From: Patescibacteria group bacterium
GTDB taxonomy: Bacteria > Patescibacteriota > Patescibacteriia > 2-01-FULL-39-33
Assembly: GCA_041645075.1 (NCBI GenBank)
Contig: JBAZQS010000002.1
Location: 693-64,692 of the forward strand
DNA: 64,000 nucleotides
Direction: 5' to 3'
How positions within the stretch are numbered: position 1 is the first letter of the stretch; every line of letters starts with the position of its first letter. Made by a program: the position numbers and the translations under genes. The notes beneath the pieces were generated by a model. It was given only the letters and a program-made list of their open reading frames with translations. It was not told the DNA's origin and searched no databases. Shown here piece after piece: positions 1-9,801 of the stretch.

Positions 1-884
1 TAATTCCTTTGGCCATAGAAAATCATGATTTGATGGATTATGATATTGTGATTTCCAGCGCTTCCTCTTTTGCCAAGGGCGTGATTACCAAGCCCAGTAG
101 CCGGCACATTTGTTATTGCCACACGCCCACCCGTTATTTGTGGACCAGTACCCATTCCTATGTCCAGGAATTAAAAGTTAACCCGTTAATAAAAATATTT
201 TTGCCGTTAACTTTAAGGAAATTGCGGCTGTGGGACCGGTTGGCGGCTGACCGCGTTGATTTTTTTATTGCCAATTCCGAAACCGTCCGGGAAAGAATCA
301 GAAAATATTATAATCGCGACAGCCGAGTTATTTATCCGCCGGTGGCAGTTGAACAATATTATATTTCGCCCCATCCCAAAAAGTTTTATTTGGCGGGCGG
401 CCGTTTAGTGTCTTATAAAATGATTGATTTAGCGGTTAGGGCGTTCGCGCGCTTAGGCATACCCTTAAAAATTTTTGGCGTTGGCCCGGAAATGAAAATG
501 TTAAAGAAAATAGCGGCTCAAGGCGACCCATTAAAAAGCAATATTGAATTTTTGGGCCGGATTTCTGATAAGCAAAAAAGATGGCTTTTTGCCAATTGTC
601 TTGCTTATATTAATCCGCAAGAAGAGGATTTCGGCATTACGGCCGTGGAGGCCATGGCTTCCGGCCGTCCCGTAATTGCTTATCGGGCCGGTGGCGCCAC
701 GGAAACGGTTCGCGAGGGGGAAACGGGCGAATTTTTTGATGAGCAAGTCTGGGAAGAAATTGCCGACAAAGTGATTCGCTTTCAGCCGGAAAAATACCAG
801 CCGGAAAAAATTAAAGAACATGCTAACCAATTTAGCGTAGAGAGGTTTAAAAAAAGAATAATGGAGGTGGTGGATAATTTTTAG
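1..884 (+). CDS. Glycosyltransferase family 1 (GT4-like), C-terminal part; 5' end probably lies outside the window
   Basis: The ORF from 9 translates with the GT1 C-terminal motif EDFGITAVEAMASGRPVIAYRAGGATETVREGETGEFF. No convincing RBS or start inside the window. Confidence 0.7.
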   Translation, partial: IPLAIENHDLMDYDIVISSASSFAKGVITKPSSRHICYCHTPTRYLWTSTHSYVQELKVNPLIKIFLPLTLRKLRLWDRLAADRVDFFIANSETVRERIRKYYNRDSRVIYPPVAVEQYYISPHPKKFYLAGGRLVSYKMIDLAVRAFARLGIPLKIFGVGPEMKMLKKIAAQGDPLKSNIEFLGRISDKQKRWLFANCLAYINPQEEDFGITAVEAMASGRPVIAYRAGGATETVREGETGEFFDEQVWEEIADKVIRFQPEKYQPEKIKEHANQFSVERFKKRIMEVVDNF

Positions 885-966
885 TTGTCATTGCGAGGGA
901 GCGCGAGCGACCGTGGCAATCCTATAAGATTGCTTCGTCGGCGATTACGCCTCCTCGCAATGACAA
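885..966. repeat. Palindromic intergenic repeat (MITE-like), family A: TTGTCATTGCGAGG ... CCTCGCAATGACAA
   Basis: The 14-bp termini are perfect inverted repeats. An internal gattgcttcgtcggcg word is shared with a second copy at 50025-50134. Confidence 0.75.
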
Positions 967-970
967 TATT

Positions 971-2170
971 ATGAAAATCGGCATTGACATCCGTTGTCTG
1001 ATGAATAAAAATTATTCCGGCGTTTCTTATTACACTTTTAATTTATTAAAGGCGATTTTTGCGTTGGATAAAGAAAATCAATATTTGCTTTTTTATAATT
1101 CTTCCAAAAAAGTTGATTTGCCGGAATTTAATCAGCCAAACGTAAAATATGTCGGTTTTCACTGGCCGAATAAAATTTTCAATCTGGCCTTAAATTTTTT
1201 TAATGAGCCAAAAATTGACAAATTAATCGGCGGGGTGGATATTTTTTTTGCGCCCAACCTGCATTTTGTGGCTTGGTCGGAAAATTGTAAAAAAGTCATA
1301 GCGGTTCATGATTTGTCATTTTTGCGTTTTCCCGAGTTTTTTAATTTTAAAATGCGTTTATGGCATAAATTGATTTTGTGGAAAAATATTTTAGGCCAAG
1401 CCGATATGATTACGGCCGATTCAGAAAATACCAAGAATGATTTGATTGAATTGTTGAAAATACCGGAAGGTAAAATAAAAGTGGTTTATCTGGGTGTGAG
1501 CGAGGAGTTTAGGGTTTTGGCTAAAGACGATATTCGTTTAGAAAACGCGAGAAAAAAACATAATTTGCCGGAAAAGTTTATTTTATACTTGGGCACGCTG
1601 GAACCCAGAAAAAATATTGAGAGCATTGTTGAGGCATACAATTTATTTTCTCCCCCTTACGAAGGGGGGGATCAAAGAGGGGGTTATGATTTGGTGATTG
1701 CGGGCGGAGTTGGCTGGAAAGCAAAAAATATTTTTAAATTGGCAAAAAAAAATTCAAGAATAAAATTTATCGGCTACGTTGATGACCGCCCGGCTTTATA
1801 TAACTTAGCCAGCTTGTTTGTTTACCCGTCTTATTATGAGGGCTTTGGCTTGCCGTTACTAGAGGCCATGGCCTGTGGCTGTCCGGTTATCGCCGGCGCT
1901 AATTCTTCGCAGGGCGAGGTAGTGGGCGACGCGGGACTGCTGGTGGACCCGTATAATATTAATGAAATTAAAAAAGCCATGGAAATTTTATTGGCTAATA
2001 ATGAATTAAGAGATGATTTTATGAAAAGTGGATTGGAACGAGCAAAAGAATTCACCTGGCAAAAAACCGCGGAAAAAGTTTTGGAAAGTTTTATAAAATT
2101 TTTTCCCCCTTCCAAGGGGGTCGCCAGCGGGCGAGGGGACGGGCAAAAAAATTTATTTAAGTATTATTAA
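971..2170 (+). CDS. Glycosyltransferase family 1 (GT4)
   Basis: MKIGIDIR start typical of GT4; EGFGLPLLEAMACGCPVIA motif. Two short GC-rich palindromic in-frame segments at 1650-1688 and 2102-2143. Confidence 0.85.
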   Translation: MKIGIDIRCLMNKNYSGVSYYTFNLLKAIFALDKENQYLLFYNSSKKVDLPEFNQPNVKYVGFHWPNKIFNLALNFFNEPKIDKLIGGVDIFFAPNLHFVAWSENCKKVIAVHDLSFLRFPEFFNFKMRLWHKLILWKNILGQADMITADSENTKNDLIELLKIPEGKIKVVYLGVSEEFRVLAKDDIRLENARKKHNLPEKFILYLGTLEPRKNIESIVEAYNLFSPPYEGGDQRGGYDLVIAGGVGWKAKNIFKLAKKNSRIKFIGYVDDRPALYNLASLFVYPSYYEGFGLPLLEAMACGCPVIAGANSSQGEVVGDAGLLVDPYNINEIKKAMEILLANNELRDDFMKSGLERAKEFTWQKTAEKVLESFIKFFPPSKGVASGRGDGQKNLFKYY

Positions 2171-2206
2171 TCTATCGTGTTATAATTAAAAAACAAAATA
2201 GGTATT

Positions 2207-2965
2207 ATGAATAATGAAAAGTTAGAACAAAAAAATCAGGAATCGGAAATTTCTCTTTCAGAAGAATGGATTGCTTTATCGGAAGCAATGTATGATAGTG
2301 GGTTTATATCTGAATTATCCGATTTTTTTAAAGAAAATAATATCAAAACAATTCTTGAATGTGGTTGTGGTGGTGGACATATATTAAAAGGATTGGGTGA
2401 AAATGGTTTTGTTGGGACGGGTATTGATGCTGATGAGATAATGATTAAGCACGCACAAGATAAAAATAAAAATTTAGGTTTTAAATTTTTAAAATTAAAC
2501 TGGTTTGATATTGATAAATTAGAAGGAACTTTCGATGCCGTCATGTGCAGGGGGAACAGCCTGTCTAATTTTAATTGGGGAGGAAAAATAAATATTGATT
2601 ATCAAAAAGTAGAAGAACTAATTATAAATACTTTGCAAAAAATGTTTTCTAAGGTTAATCCAGGCGGGCTACTGTATGTAGATACGGAATCAAATGAAAA
2701 CATTTTAAAAGGGAATAGAAATATTGAAATAAAAAAAGAAAATCTACACCTAAGAGGAAGAGTTGAGTATGATTTTAAAAACAAAATTAGAAAAATTTTT
2801 GGAGAAGGATTGGTTAATGGTAAAAGATTTAAAGGAGGACAGAATTCTTATTTATTTCAACCCGTAGAAATTGAAAACTTTTTAAAGCAATTGAAACCTG
2901 AAAAAATCTGGACTCCAAAATTCAAGCATGAAATTAATTATCAAGTATTTTGCGCAAAAAAATAG
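2207..2965 (+). CDS. Class I SAM-dependent methyltransferase
   Basis: ILECGCGGGHILKGL glycine-rich motif I. Very AT-rich gene. Confidence 0.7.
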   Translation: MNNEKLEQKNQESEISLSEEWIALSEAMYDSGFISELSDFFKENNIKTILECGCGGGHILKGLGENGFVGTGIDADEIMIKHAQDKNKNLGFKFLKLNWFDIDKLEGTFDAVMCRGNSLSNFNWGGKINIDYQKVEELIINTLQKMFSKVNPGGLLYVDTESNENILKGNRNIEIKKENLHLRGRVEYDFKNKIRKIFGEGLVNGKRFKGGQNSYLFQPVEIENFLKQLKPEKIWTPKFKHEINYQVFCAKK

Positions 2966-2997
2966 GGTTTGCGTCAGCAAACCCTACACAGAGCATT

Positions 2998-3651
2998 TTA
3001 TATCTCCTTATACTGAATTACCACGAATTGACCACATGGCTCATCTTCTGGAAAGAAACCAGGAATGATCCAAAGAGTTTTGGCTCCGTTTTTTATATAG
3101 AAGCCGAGAACTGGGTCTTTGGATAACATTAATTCATCCGGCAATGGCGCTTTCCCCTCTAAGTGAGCTGTTATCGCATCATGTATTTCTTGATTTTTTA
3201 AAACCCTTTCCTGCTGAAATTCTGAGCTTCCGTTAAAAGATGGACATCTGCTGTCTCCTACAATGTAGGACATTCCATCTTCTTTTGCTTTTTTGATAGC
3301 TCCCTCAATTAGATATTTTGCCGCGTAACCGTTTCTATGTTCTGGCACAATGCCTAAACTGTGAACAAAAGCAGTGTTTGGATTTTCATCATGTGGGACT
3401 TCAGCATACATTTTTAATGTTTTAGGAAAGTTTTCATAATCATTTGGTGAAAAATTGGCGTATCTTAGGGCTATTGTGCCAATCAATTTTTCACCAATAA
3501 AAGCGCCAAGAAATATGTGATTCATTTCCAAGCATATTCTGATGTTTTTTTCAGTAATTTGGATTGTTGGTATAAATGCTCTTTTTTCAACATCCATTAT
3601 TTGAGTAATATTTTCTATACTCAATTGGATTACAGAAATTAAACTTTTCAT
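2998..3651 (-). CDS. GNAT-family N-acetyltransferase (probable)
   Basis: HRNGYAAKYL resembles the acetyl-CoA-binding R-x-x-G-x-A motif. Start placed at MKSLIS (3651) after an AGGAGG-like RBS; the longer track ORF (to 3822) lacks an RBS. Confidence 0.5.
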   Translation of the reverse strand: MKSLISVIQLSIENITQIMDVEKRAFIPTIQITEKNIRICLEMNHIFLGAFIGEKLIGTIALRYANFSPNDYENFPKTLKMYAEVPHDENPNTAFVHSLGIVPEHRNGYAAKYLIEGAIKKAKEDGMSYIVGDSRCPSFNGSSEFQQERVLKNQEIHDAITAHLEGKAPLPDELMLSKDPVLGFYIKNGAKTLWIIPGFFPEDEPCGQFVVIQYKEI

Positions 3652-3756
3652 TTTTCCTCCTTTTTTCAATAAAATGGTAAAATTCAATATAATTTGATAG
3701 ATTGTTAATGGACTATTTTGCTTAATATATAATATTAATTTAATTTTGTCAATAGT

Positions 3757-4974
3757 ATGAAAATCGGCATAGACGCGCGGCTTTATGGGACTAAACACGG
3801 CGGTATTGGGCGGTATGCGCAAAAATTAATTGAGCATTTGGAAAAAATTGATTCAGAAAATCAGTATGTGGTTTTTTTGCAAAAAAATAATTTTAGCGAG
3901 TACCAGCCGCAGAATAAAAATTTTACTAAGGTTTTGGCGGATTTTCGCGCTTATGGCTGGCAAGAGCAGATTTTATTTCCCAAACTTCTAAATAAATATA
4001 ATTTTGACTTTGTCCATTTTACGCATTTTAACGCGCCAATTTTTTTTGGCGGAAAATTTATGGTCACGATTCACGACTTGATAATTTCTCATTATCCGGA
4101 TAGCCGAGCCACGACCTTAAATCCGTTTTTATATAAAATAAAATTAATTTTTTATAATATCGTGATAAATCACGCCGCCAAGAAAGCGGAAAAAATTATC
4201 GCGGTTTCCGAGTATACAAAAAACGATATTATTAAATTTTTAAAAGTCGTCCCCGAAAAAATCGCGGTCACTTATGAGGGTTATGATCCGCCCAAGGATA
4301 TTGGCCATGATTGCCAAAATATAATTCAGCAATTTGGCATTAACGGCGAATATATTTTATATGTGGGTTCGGCCTATCCGCACAAGAATTTGGAAAGATT
4401 AATTTTGGCTTTTGAAAAGATAATTGAAGGATTACCCCACCCTAACCCTCCCCTTATAAAGGGGAGGGGGGAATCCTTATTTTCCTCCCCCTTCATAAGG
4501 GGGAGGTTAGGAGGGGGTAAATTGAATGACTTAAAATTAGTCCTTGTCGGCAGTAAAAATTATTTTTACGAGCGCTTAGAAAAAGAAATAAAAAAATTGA
4601 ATCTACAAAACGAAGTAATTCTCACCGGCTATTGCGATGACAATCAATTGGCCTGTCTGTATAAGAATGCCAAGGCCTATGTTTTCCCAAGTTTGATTGA
4701 GGGTTTTGGTTTGCCGCCACTGGAAGCGCAAAGTTATGGCGTGCCCGTGGCCAGCTCAAACGCCACTTGCTTGCCGGAAGTTTTGGGCGACAGCGCGTTT
4801 TATTTTGACCCCGAAAATATAAATGATATGGCGGAAAAAATATCGCGAATAATTAATGATGAAAATTTAAGAAACGATTTAATTAATAAGGGCCTTGAAA
4901 ACTTAAAAAAATATAGCTGGGAAAATTGCGCCCAGAAAACACTGGAGATTTATAATTTGACATTTATTAAATGA
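3757..4974 (+). CDS. Glycosyltransferase family 1 (GT4) carrying an in-frame palindromic insertion
   Basis: MKIGIDARLYG start; EGFGLPPLEAQSYGVPVASS motif. 4435-4519 is a nested GC-rich palindrome translated in frame. Confidence 0.85.
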   Translation: MKIGIDARLYGTKHGGIGRYAQKLIEHLEKIDSENQYVVFLQKNNFSEYQPQNKNFTKVLADFRAYGWQEQILFPKLLNKYNFDFVHFTHFNAPIFFGGKFMVTIHDLIISHYPDSRATTLNPFLYKIKLIFYNIVINHAAKKAEKIIAVSEYTKNDIIKFLKVVPEKIAVTYEGYDPPKDIGHDCQNIIQQFGINGEYILYVGSAYPHKNLERLILAFEKIIEGLPHPNPPLIKGRGESLFSSPFIRGRLGGGKLNDLKLVLVGSKNYFYERLEKEIKKLNLQNEVILTGYCDDNQLACLYKNAKAYVFPSLIEGFGLPPLEAQSYGVPVASSNATCLPEVLGDSAFYFDPENINDMAEKISRIINDENLRNDLINKGLENLKKYSWENCAQKTLEIYNLTFIK

Positions 4975-5066
4975 TGTAATAAAATACAAGTACCATAAGT
5001 CGCCGAAAGGGACTTATAAAAACCCGAAAGGGAAAACAAATTCCGAAAGGAAGAGGAGGATGTGTT

Positions 5067-5825
5067 ATGTTGAACATTGACAAGGGTGATTTGGGCCTGA
5101 TAAGAGATTTATTGGGCGCGAAGGGGAGCGCCGAAAGCGATTTTAGGGCTAGAGCGCTTTTATTGTTTAATGATGCAGAAGCATTAAATTCGCACCTTTC
5201 ATCGTGGGGTTGTTATTCCGTCCCCATCGCAATCAGAGCCAATATTATTATGGCGAAAACGGCGAATATATTGCCCAATAAATCGGATTATTACACCTGG
5301 TTAAATCTGCTTTCTAAAATTTTTGATTCGCCAATTCGTCAAAATTCGGCAAACCCAGAGATGATTAGCGGTCTGATTGTCGGGATATTCCAATCCCTTA
5401 AAGCTGGCCGTCGTTTTTTCCAGGGTGAACACGAGGATGAGTTTAGAAGATTTGGATTCTCAATTGTGGCCAAAATGGTTTTGGGGGAATATGGCAAGAG
5501 TTCTAGTTGGTCTCGTTTTGATAAATTGGAAGAAGTAGAAAATGCGGCCAAAGAATGGGTAAGGCAGACCGACTATCTATATAACGTGTCTGCCTTAAAA
5601 CGATTTTCTCCTTTGTTTGAGGAAATTTATCGTAAATTGCCGGGCACCTATTCTGAAATTACGAAGCGCATTTTAAATGGGCTGGTTTACGGATTGTTCG
5701 GCGCCCTGGGCACAGTTTATATGATAAAGCTCCTTTCTTTTATTCCGCTTCTGGAAAATCGTACTTTGTCCGTATCTCGAATATGCGGAATGCTCGACGC
5801 ATTGTCCGACCAAGACAAAGCGTAA
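5067..5825 (+). CDS. Hypothetical protein
   Basis: Long ORF with an AGGAGG RBS at 5055-5062. No recognisable motif. Confidence 0.55.
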   Translation: MLNIDKGDLGLIRDLLGAKGSAESDFRARALLLFNDAEALNSHLSSWGCYSVPIAIRANIIMAKTANILPNKSDYYTWLNLLSKIFDSPIRQNSANPEMISGLIVGIFQSLKAGRRFFQGEHEDEFRRFGFSIVAKMVLGEYGKSSSWSRFDKLEEVENAAKEWVRQTDYLYNVSALKRFSPLFEEIYRKLPGTYSEITKRILNGLVYGLFGALGTVYMIKLLSFIPLLENRTLSVSRICGMLDALSDQDKA

Positions 5826-6008
5826 AAAATAATCAACTCAAAATAATCTCCGTTTCGGCGGAGATTTTTAATTTTTAAAATTTTATCCCCAGTTAGTTGT
5901 TTTTAAATACGGTTTTATGTTATAATAAATTTATAAATTTTAGAAATTCCAGTCCAAAGCATATAATTTGGTCTGGCATGAATTGTATTTGTAATTGTCT
6001 AACCAAAG

Positions 6009-8834
6009 GTGACAAAAAACAGCAAAAAAACAGCCGGTTTGCCATCGCGACCTCCAAAAATCGTCAAGAAAAAGCCGGTTAAAAAGTCGGTCAGCAAAAG
6101 CAGCAAAAAAAGAGCCAGCCCATTTAAAAAACCCCGCGTGAGCCGGCCGCTTTTATCTATTGGCCGACTGGAAACCTCATCAAAAAAAATTGCCATTGCG
6201 AAAAAGGCGGATAAATCAGTCAATATTAATATTGTTGTTCATCCTCTTGATGTCTACCAATCACCCCATTTATTGGATTTATCCCAATCAAGGTTTATTG
6301 AAAAAGTCAGGCCGAGTTGGGACGGGGGCGATTTTTCTTATAATGATTTGCCGGGCGGCGCTCTTTTAGCCAAATTATATATTTTTGAATTATTATCTTT
6401 TGATAAAAGTGAAATTATCAATGGCTTTAAAAAATTGTTTAATGGTTTTGTTTCCGCGGTCAAAAAGCCGTTTCAAAGAGTTAATTTTTCCGCAAAATTG
6501 CCCTTGGTAAATAATGATAATCTTTTGGCGTCCAGGTTATCTTTTTGGCAGGAAATTACGTTTATAAATTTAATGGCCGCCGTTTTTTCCGGATTGTTAG
6601 GCCTCGGCCAAAATATTCGCAATTTGGCGGTTTATTTAAAACAAAATCAGCCGAAAACCGATGATGAAATTGATTTTGGCTTAAAGCCATCGGGTGCCGA
6701 TGATTTAGGTCGGGATTATTCCTTGGCCGGTGAGATTTTGGCGATGGTTCGCAAGCCGGTTTTAAATATTGAGAGCAAGCCGGTTTTAAATCAGAAAAAA
6801 TTTTTACCATCTTTATCTTTTAAAATATTTGCCTGGCCGGAATTGAAATCAGTGTCTTTTAGGGGCGTTATGGCTTTCGTCATAATCGCCCTATTGATTG
6901 TTTTGCCCATTAAGGCCATTAATTACTGGCAGGCGGTCAATGCCGCCAAGGGCCGGGTTTTGGGAGAAGCCGAACAGGCCATGCAAAATTTATCCTTGGC
7001 CCAAAATCAATTGGCTAATTTTAATTTTAATCAGTCGGAAAATTATTTTTCTTCGGCCGGCCGGTATTTTGTCTCGGCCCAGAGCCAATTAAATGAGATT
7101 AAGTCATTCCTCACGGTTTTGGCGGAGAGCGCGCCGGTAAGCAATTCATTCCGCAGCGGGAAAAATTTATTGTCTTTAGGCGAACACCTAGCCAACGCGG
7201 GCGAATATTTATTAGAGGGCATCAACGGCCTGGCGGGCGGAGAAGAACTAAAATTAACGGCTCAAATTAAAAACTTTAAAACCCAAAACAATCTTGCCTT
7301 GAACGAACTGAAATTAGCGCAGGACAATTTGAAAAAAGTGAATCTTAATCATTTGCCGGCCGAAAACCGGGATAAGTTTATTTCCTTGCGGAAACAGCTG
7401 CCTATTTTTATGGTTAGCTTGGAAAAGATTGGCGGCCTGACTGATTTCGCGGTTAAGTTTTTGGGGGACAATGACTTGAAAAGATATTTAATGGTTTTTC
7501 AGAATGACAATGAACTGCGGGCCACGGGCGGATTTATGGGCAGTTTTGCTTTGGTTGATTTAGAATCAGGCAAAATAAAAGACATAAAAATACCGGCGGG
7601 CGGCACTTATGACGTCAGGGCCGGTTTTAATGAATTAATCCGGCCGCCCCAGCCCATGCAGCTTTTAACGCCGCGTTGGGAATTTCAGGATGCCAATTGG
7701 TGGCCGGATTGGCCGACTTCGGCCAAAAGCATCACTTGGTTTTATCAGAAAAGCCAAGGGCCGACCATTGACGGCGTTATTGCCATTAATTCCGATTGGC
7801 TGGAGAGCTTATTGGGAATTGTGGGGCCGATAGATTTGCCCGAATATAAAAAGACGATTACGGCGGCTAATTTTGAAGACGAAGTGCAAAAAGAAGTGGA
7901 AATAACCCGTCAAAACGACAAACAGCCCAAGAAAATTTTGGCTGATTTGGCGCCAAAGCTATTGGATAAAATTTTTAATATTCAGCCGGAAAACATTTTA
8001 AATTTAATATCGGCCATTAATAGCGGTTTAAACCAAAAAGATATTTTAATTTATTTATCCGATCCGCAACTGGAAAATTTTGTCGCCCAAAATAGCTGGG
8101 ACGGCCGGTTGAAAAACACTGAATCCGATTATTTGAACGTCGTGGCCACGAACATTGGCGGCGGCAAAACCGACCGGGCCGTCAAGCAAAAAATTTATCA
8201 CCGGGCGGAAATTTTAGCCGACGGCTCGGTCATTGATCGCTTATTAATTTCCCGCTCTCATTTCGGCCCCATTGATGAAAATTTTACCACCATGGCCAAC
8301 CGCAGTTATTTGCGCCTTTATGTGCCCGAGGGCAGCCAGCTCATAAAAGCGGCTGGCTTTGTTCAGCCGCTTGCCGGCGAATTCAGAGCGCCGGAATATT
8401 ATTTAAAATTTGATGAGCGCTTGGCCGCCGAAAATAAAGCCAAGACAGATCCCGAATCAAAGACCAAAATATACAATGAAAACGGGAAGACCGTCTTTGC
8501 CAATTGGCTAAGCATTAATCCCGGCGAGTCAAAAGATGTGCTTTTAGTTTATAAATTGCCGTTTAAAATAAATCTGGCGCCGAAGGAAAATAATAACGGC
8601 TTGATCAATAAAATAAAAGCCGCTTTTTTGCCCAGCGAACTGTCTGCCTCCTACGGGCTTTTGATTCAGAAACAGCCGGGCAGCGATGAAGACGAAATTG
8701 TCAGTGAGGTGGCATACCCCGATGGCTTTAAGCCGTCATCAACCTATCCCCAGGCCTCGGCCAGTGATTTAAATAAGATTATTTTCCGGGGCAAGCTAAC
8801 AACCGACCAGTATTATTTTTCCGATTTTAAATAA
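6009..8834 (+). CDS. DUF4012-like membrane-anchored protein with a Lys-rich N-terminal tail
   Basis: Basic KKxxKK N-terminus, a TM segment, and the segment FQNDNELRATGGFMGSFALVDLESGKIKDI, which matches DUF4012 proteins as I recall them. Confidence 0.6.
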   Translation: MTKNSKKTAGLPSRPPKIVKKKPVKKSVSKSSKKRASPFKKPRVSRPLLSIGRLETSSKKIAIAKKADKSVNINIVVHPLDVYQSPHLLDLSQSRFIEKVRPSWDGGDFSYNDLPGGALLAKLYIFELLSFDKSEIINGFKKLFNGFVSAVKKPFQRVNFSAKLPLVNNDNLLASRLSFWQEITFINLMAAVFSGLLGLGQNIRNLAVYLKQNQPKTDDEIDFGLKPSGADDLGRDYSLAGEILAMVRKPVLNIESKPVLNQKKFLPSLSFKIFAWPELKSVSFRGVMAFVIIALLIVLPIKAINYWQAVNAAKGRVLGEAEQAMQNLSLAQNQLANFNFNQSENYFSSAGRYFVSAQSQLNEIKSFLTVLAESAPVSNSFRSGKNLLSLGEHLANAGEYLLEGINGLAGGEELKLTAQIKNFKTQNNLALNELKLAQDNLKKVNLNHLPAENRDKFISLRKQLPIFMVSLEKIGGLTDFAVKFLGDNDLKRYLMVFQNDNELRATGGFMGSFALVDLESGKIKDIKIPAGGTYDVRAGFNELIRPPQPMQLLTPRWEFQDANWWPDWPTSAKSITWFYQKSQGPTIDGVIAINSDWLESLLGIVGPIDLPEYKKTITAANFEDEVQKEVEITRQNDKQPKKILADLAPKLLDKIFNIQPENILNLISAINSGLNQKDILIYLSDPQLENFVAQNSWDGRLKNTESDYLNVVATNIGGGKTDRAVKQKIYHRAEILADGSVIDRLLISRSHFGPIDENFTTMANRSYLRLYVPEGSQLIKAAGFVQPLAGEFRAPEYYLKFDERLAAENKAKTDPESKTKIYNENGKTVFANWLSINPGESKDVLLVYKLPFKINLAPKENNNGLINKIKAAFLPSELSASYGLLIQKQPGSDEDEIVSEVAYPDGFKPSSTYPQASASDLNKIIFRGKLTTDQYYFSDFK

Positions 8835-8857
8835 ACTAAATGATTTAAATTATATTT

Positions 8858-9721
8858 ATGAATCCAGAAAAATTTGAGCAAGAACATCTTTCTTTAGAAG
8901 AACAATTTAAAAATCCAGAGATGATAGAACTTGGTGGCAAAACCGTTGAAGTAATTGATATACACCCAGAGATATCAAAGACGGAGGTGCCCGTGGTTGT
9001 TGCTCCGGGATGGGCAGCAACTCCCGAAGTGTTCAAAGATAATATTTTAACGCTAGCTGAATTAGGACGAAGGACAATCTCTGTAAATTCTCCTCACGGA
9101 ATAGAGACCAGCGAGATTGAAGGTTTGCCTGAGGCTGAATTAAGAAAAGTGGCCGCTTTGATGGAAGCACTAAAAGAAAAAGACATCGATCAGATTGATG
9201 CCATAGGCCATTCTGAAGCTGGTATCTATTTAACTATTGCCGCAACCTTGTATCCGGATAAGTTTAGAAATCTTGTCCTTGTTGACCCGGGGGGAATGAT
9301 TGGAAAAGATAAACCAGAATATTTGGCTGCCAGATTTTCCCTGGATATATTAAGACAAACCATTAGAAGTCTAAGAGAACATGAAATTATCAAACCGGCA
9401 ATGAAAGCCTCTTTGGTGGCGGGACGGGCAGTGGGGGGTGCCCCAGCGCAGTCTTTAAGAGAAGTTGTTGCTATTTCTAATACTCAAATTCACGATCTTT
9501 TGCGTGGCTTAAGGGAAAAGGGTATTGGCATATCAATTATTCATGCGGTTGATGATAAAGCCTTTCCCATGGAGAGAGTCCAAAAAATCGCTAAAAAAGA
9601 CCAGCTTAATGGTTTTTATTCAGTCAAAGGGACCCATAATGAATTTTATTTACATCCTGAAAAATATACTCGACTAGCCGAACACGCACTGGCTGCTTTA
9701 GAATCTAGGAAAACTAAATAA
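8858..9721 (+). CDS. Alpha/beta hydrolase fold protein
   Basis: G-H-S-E-A-G nucleophile elbow (GxSxG). Confidence 0.7.
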   Translation: MNPEKFEQEHLSLEEQFKNPEMIELGGKTVEVIDIHPEISKTEVPVVVAPGWAATPEVFKDNILTLAELGRRTISVNSPHGIETSEIEGLPEAELRKVAALMEALKEKDIDQIDAIGHSEAGIYLTIAATLYPDKFRNLVLVDPGGMIGKDKPEYLAARFSLDILRQTIRSLREHEIIKPAMKASLVAGRAVGGAPAQSLREVVAISNTQIHDLLRGLREKGIGISIIHAVDDKAFPMERVQKIAKKDQLNGFYSVKGTHNEFYLHPEKYTRLAEHALAALESRKTK

Positions 9722-9801
9722 AAAAAGAGACATTTTTAGATTCAAAATTATTTCAAAATTTAACATTTAAAATTGAAAATTAACAGCTTATTAATTTTTA
9801 T

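Noticed and set aside
5897-6369. Small ORFs (61-74 aa) around the start of the DUF4012 gene
   Set aside because: They are overlapping or alternative frames in a Lys-codon-rich A-tract region, with no SD or other support.
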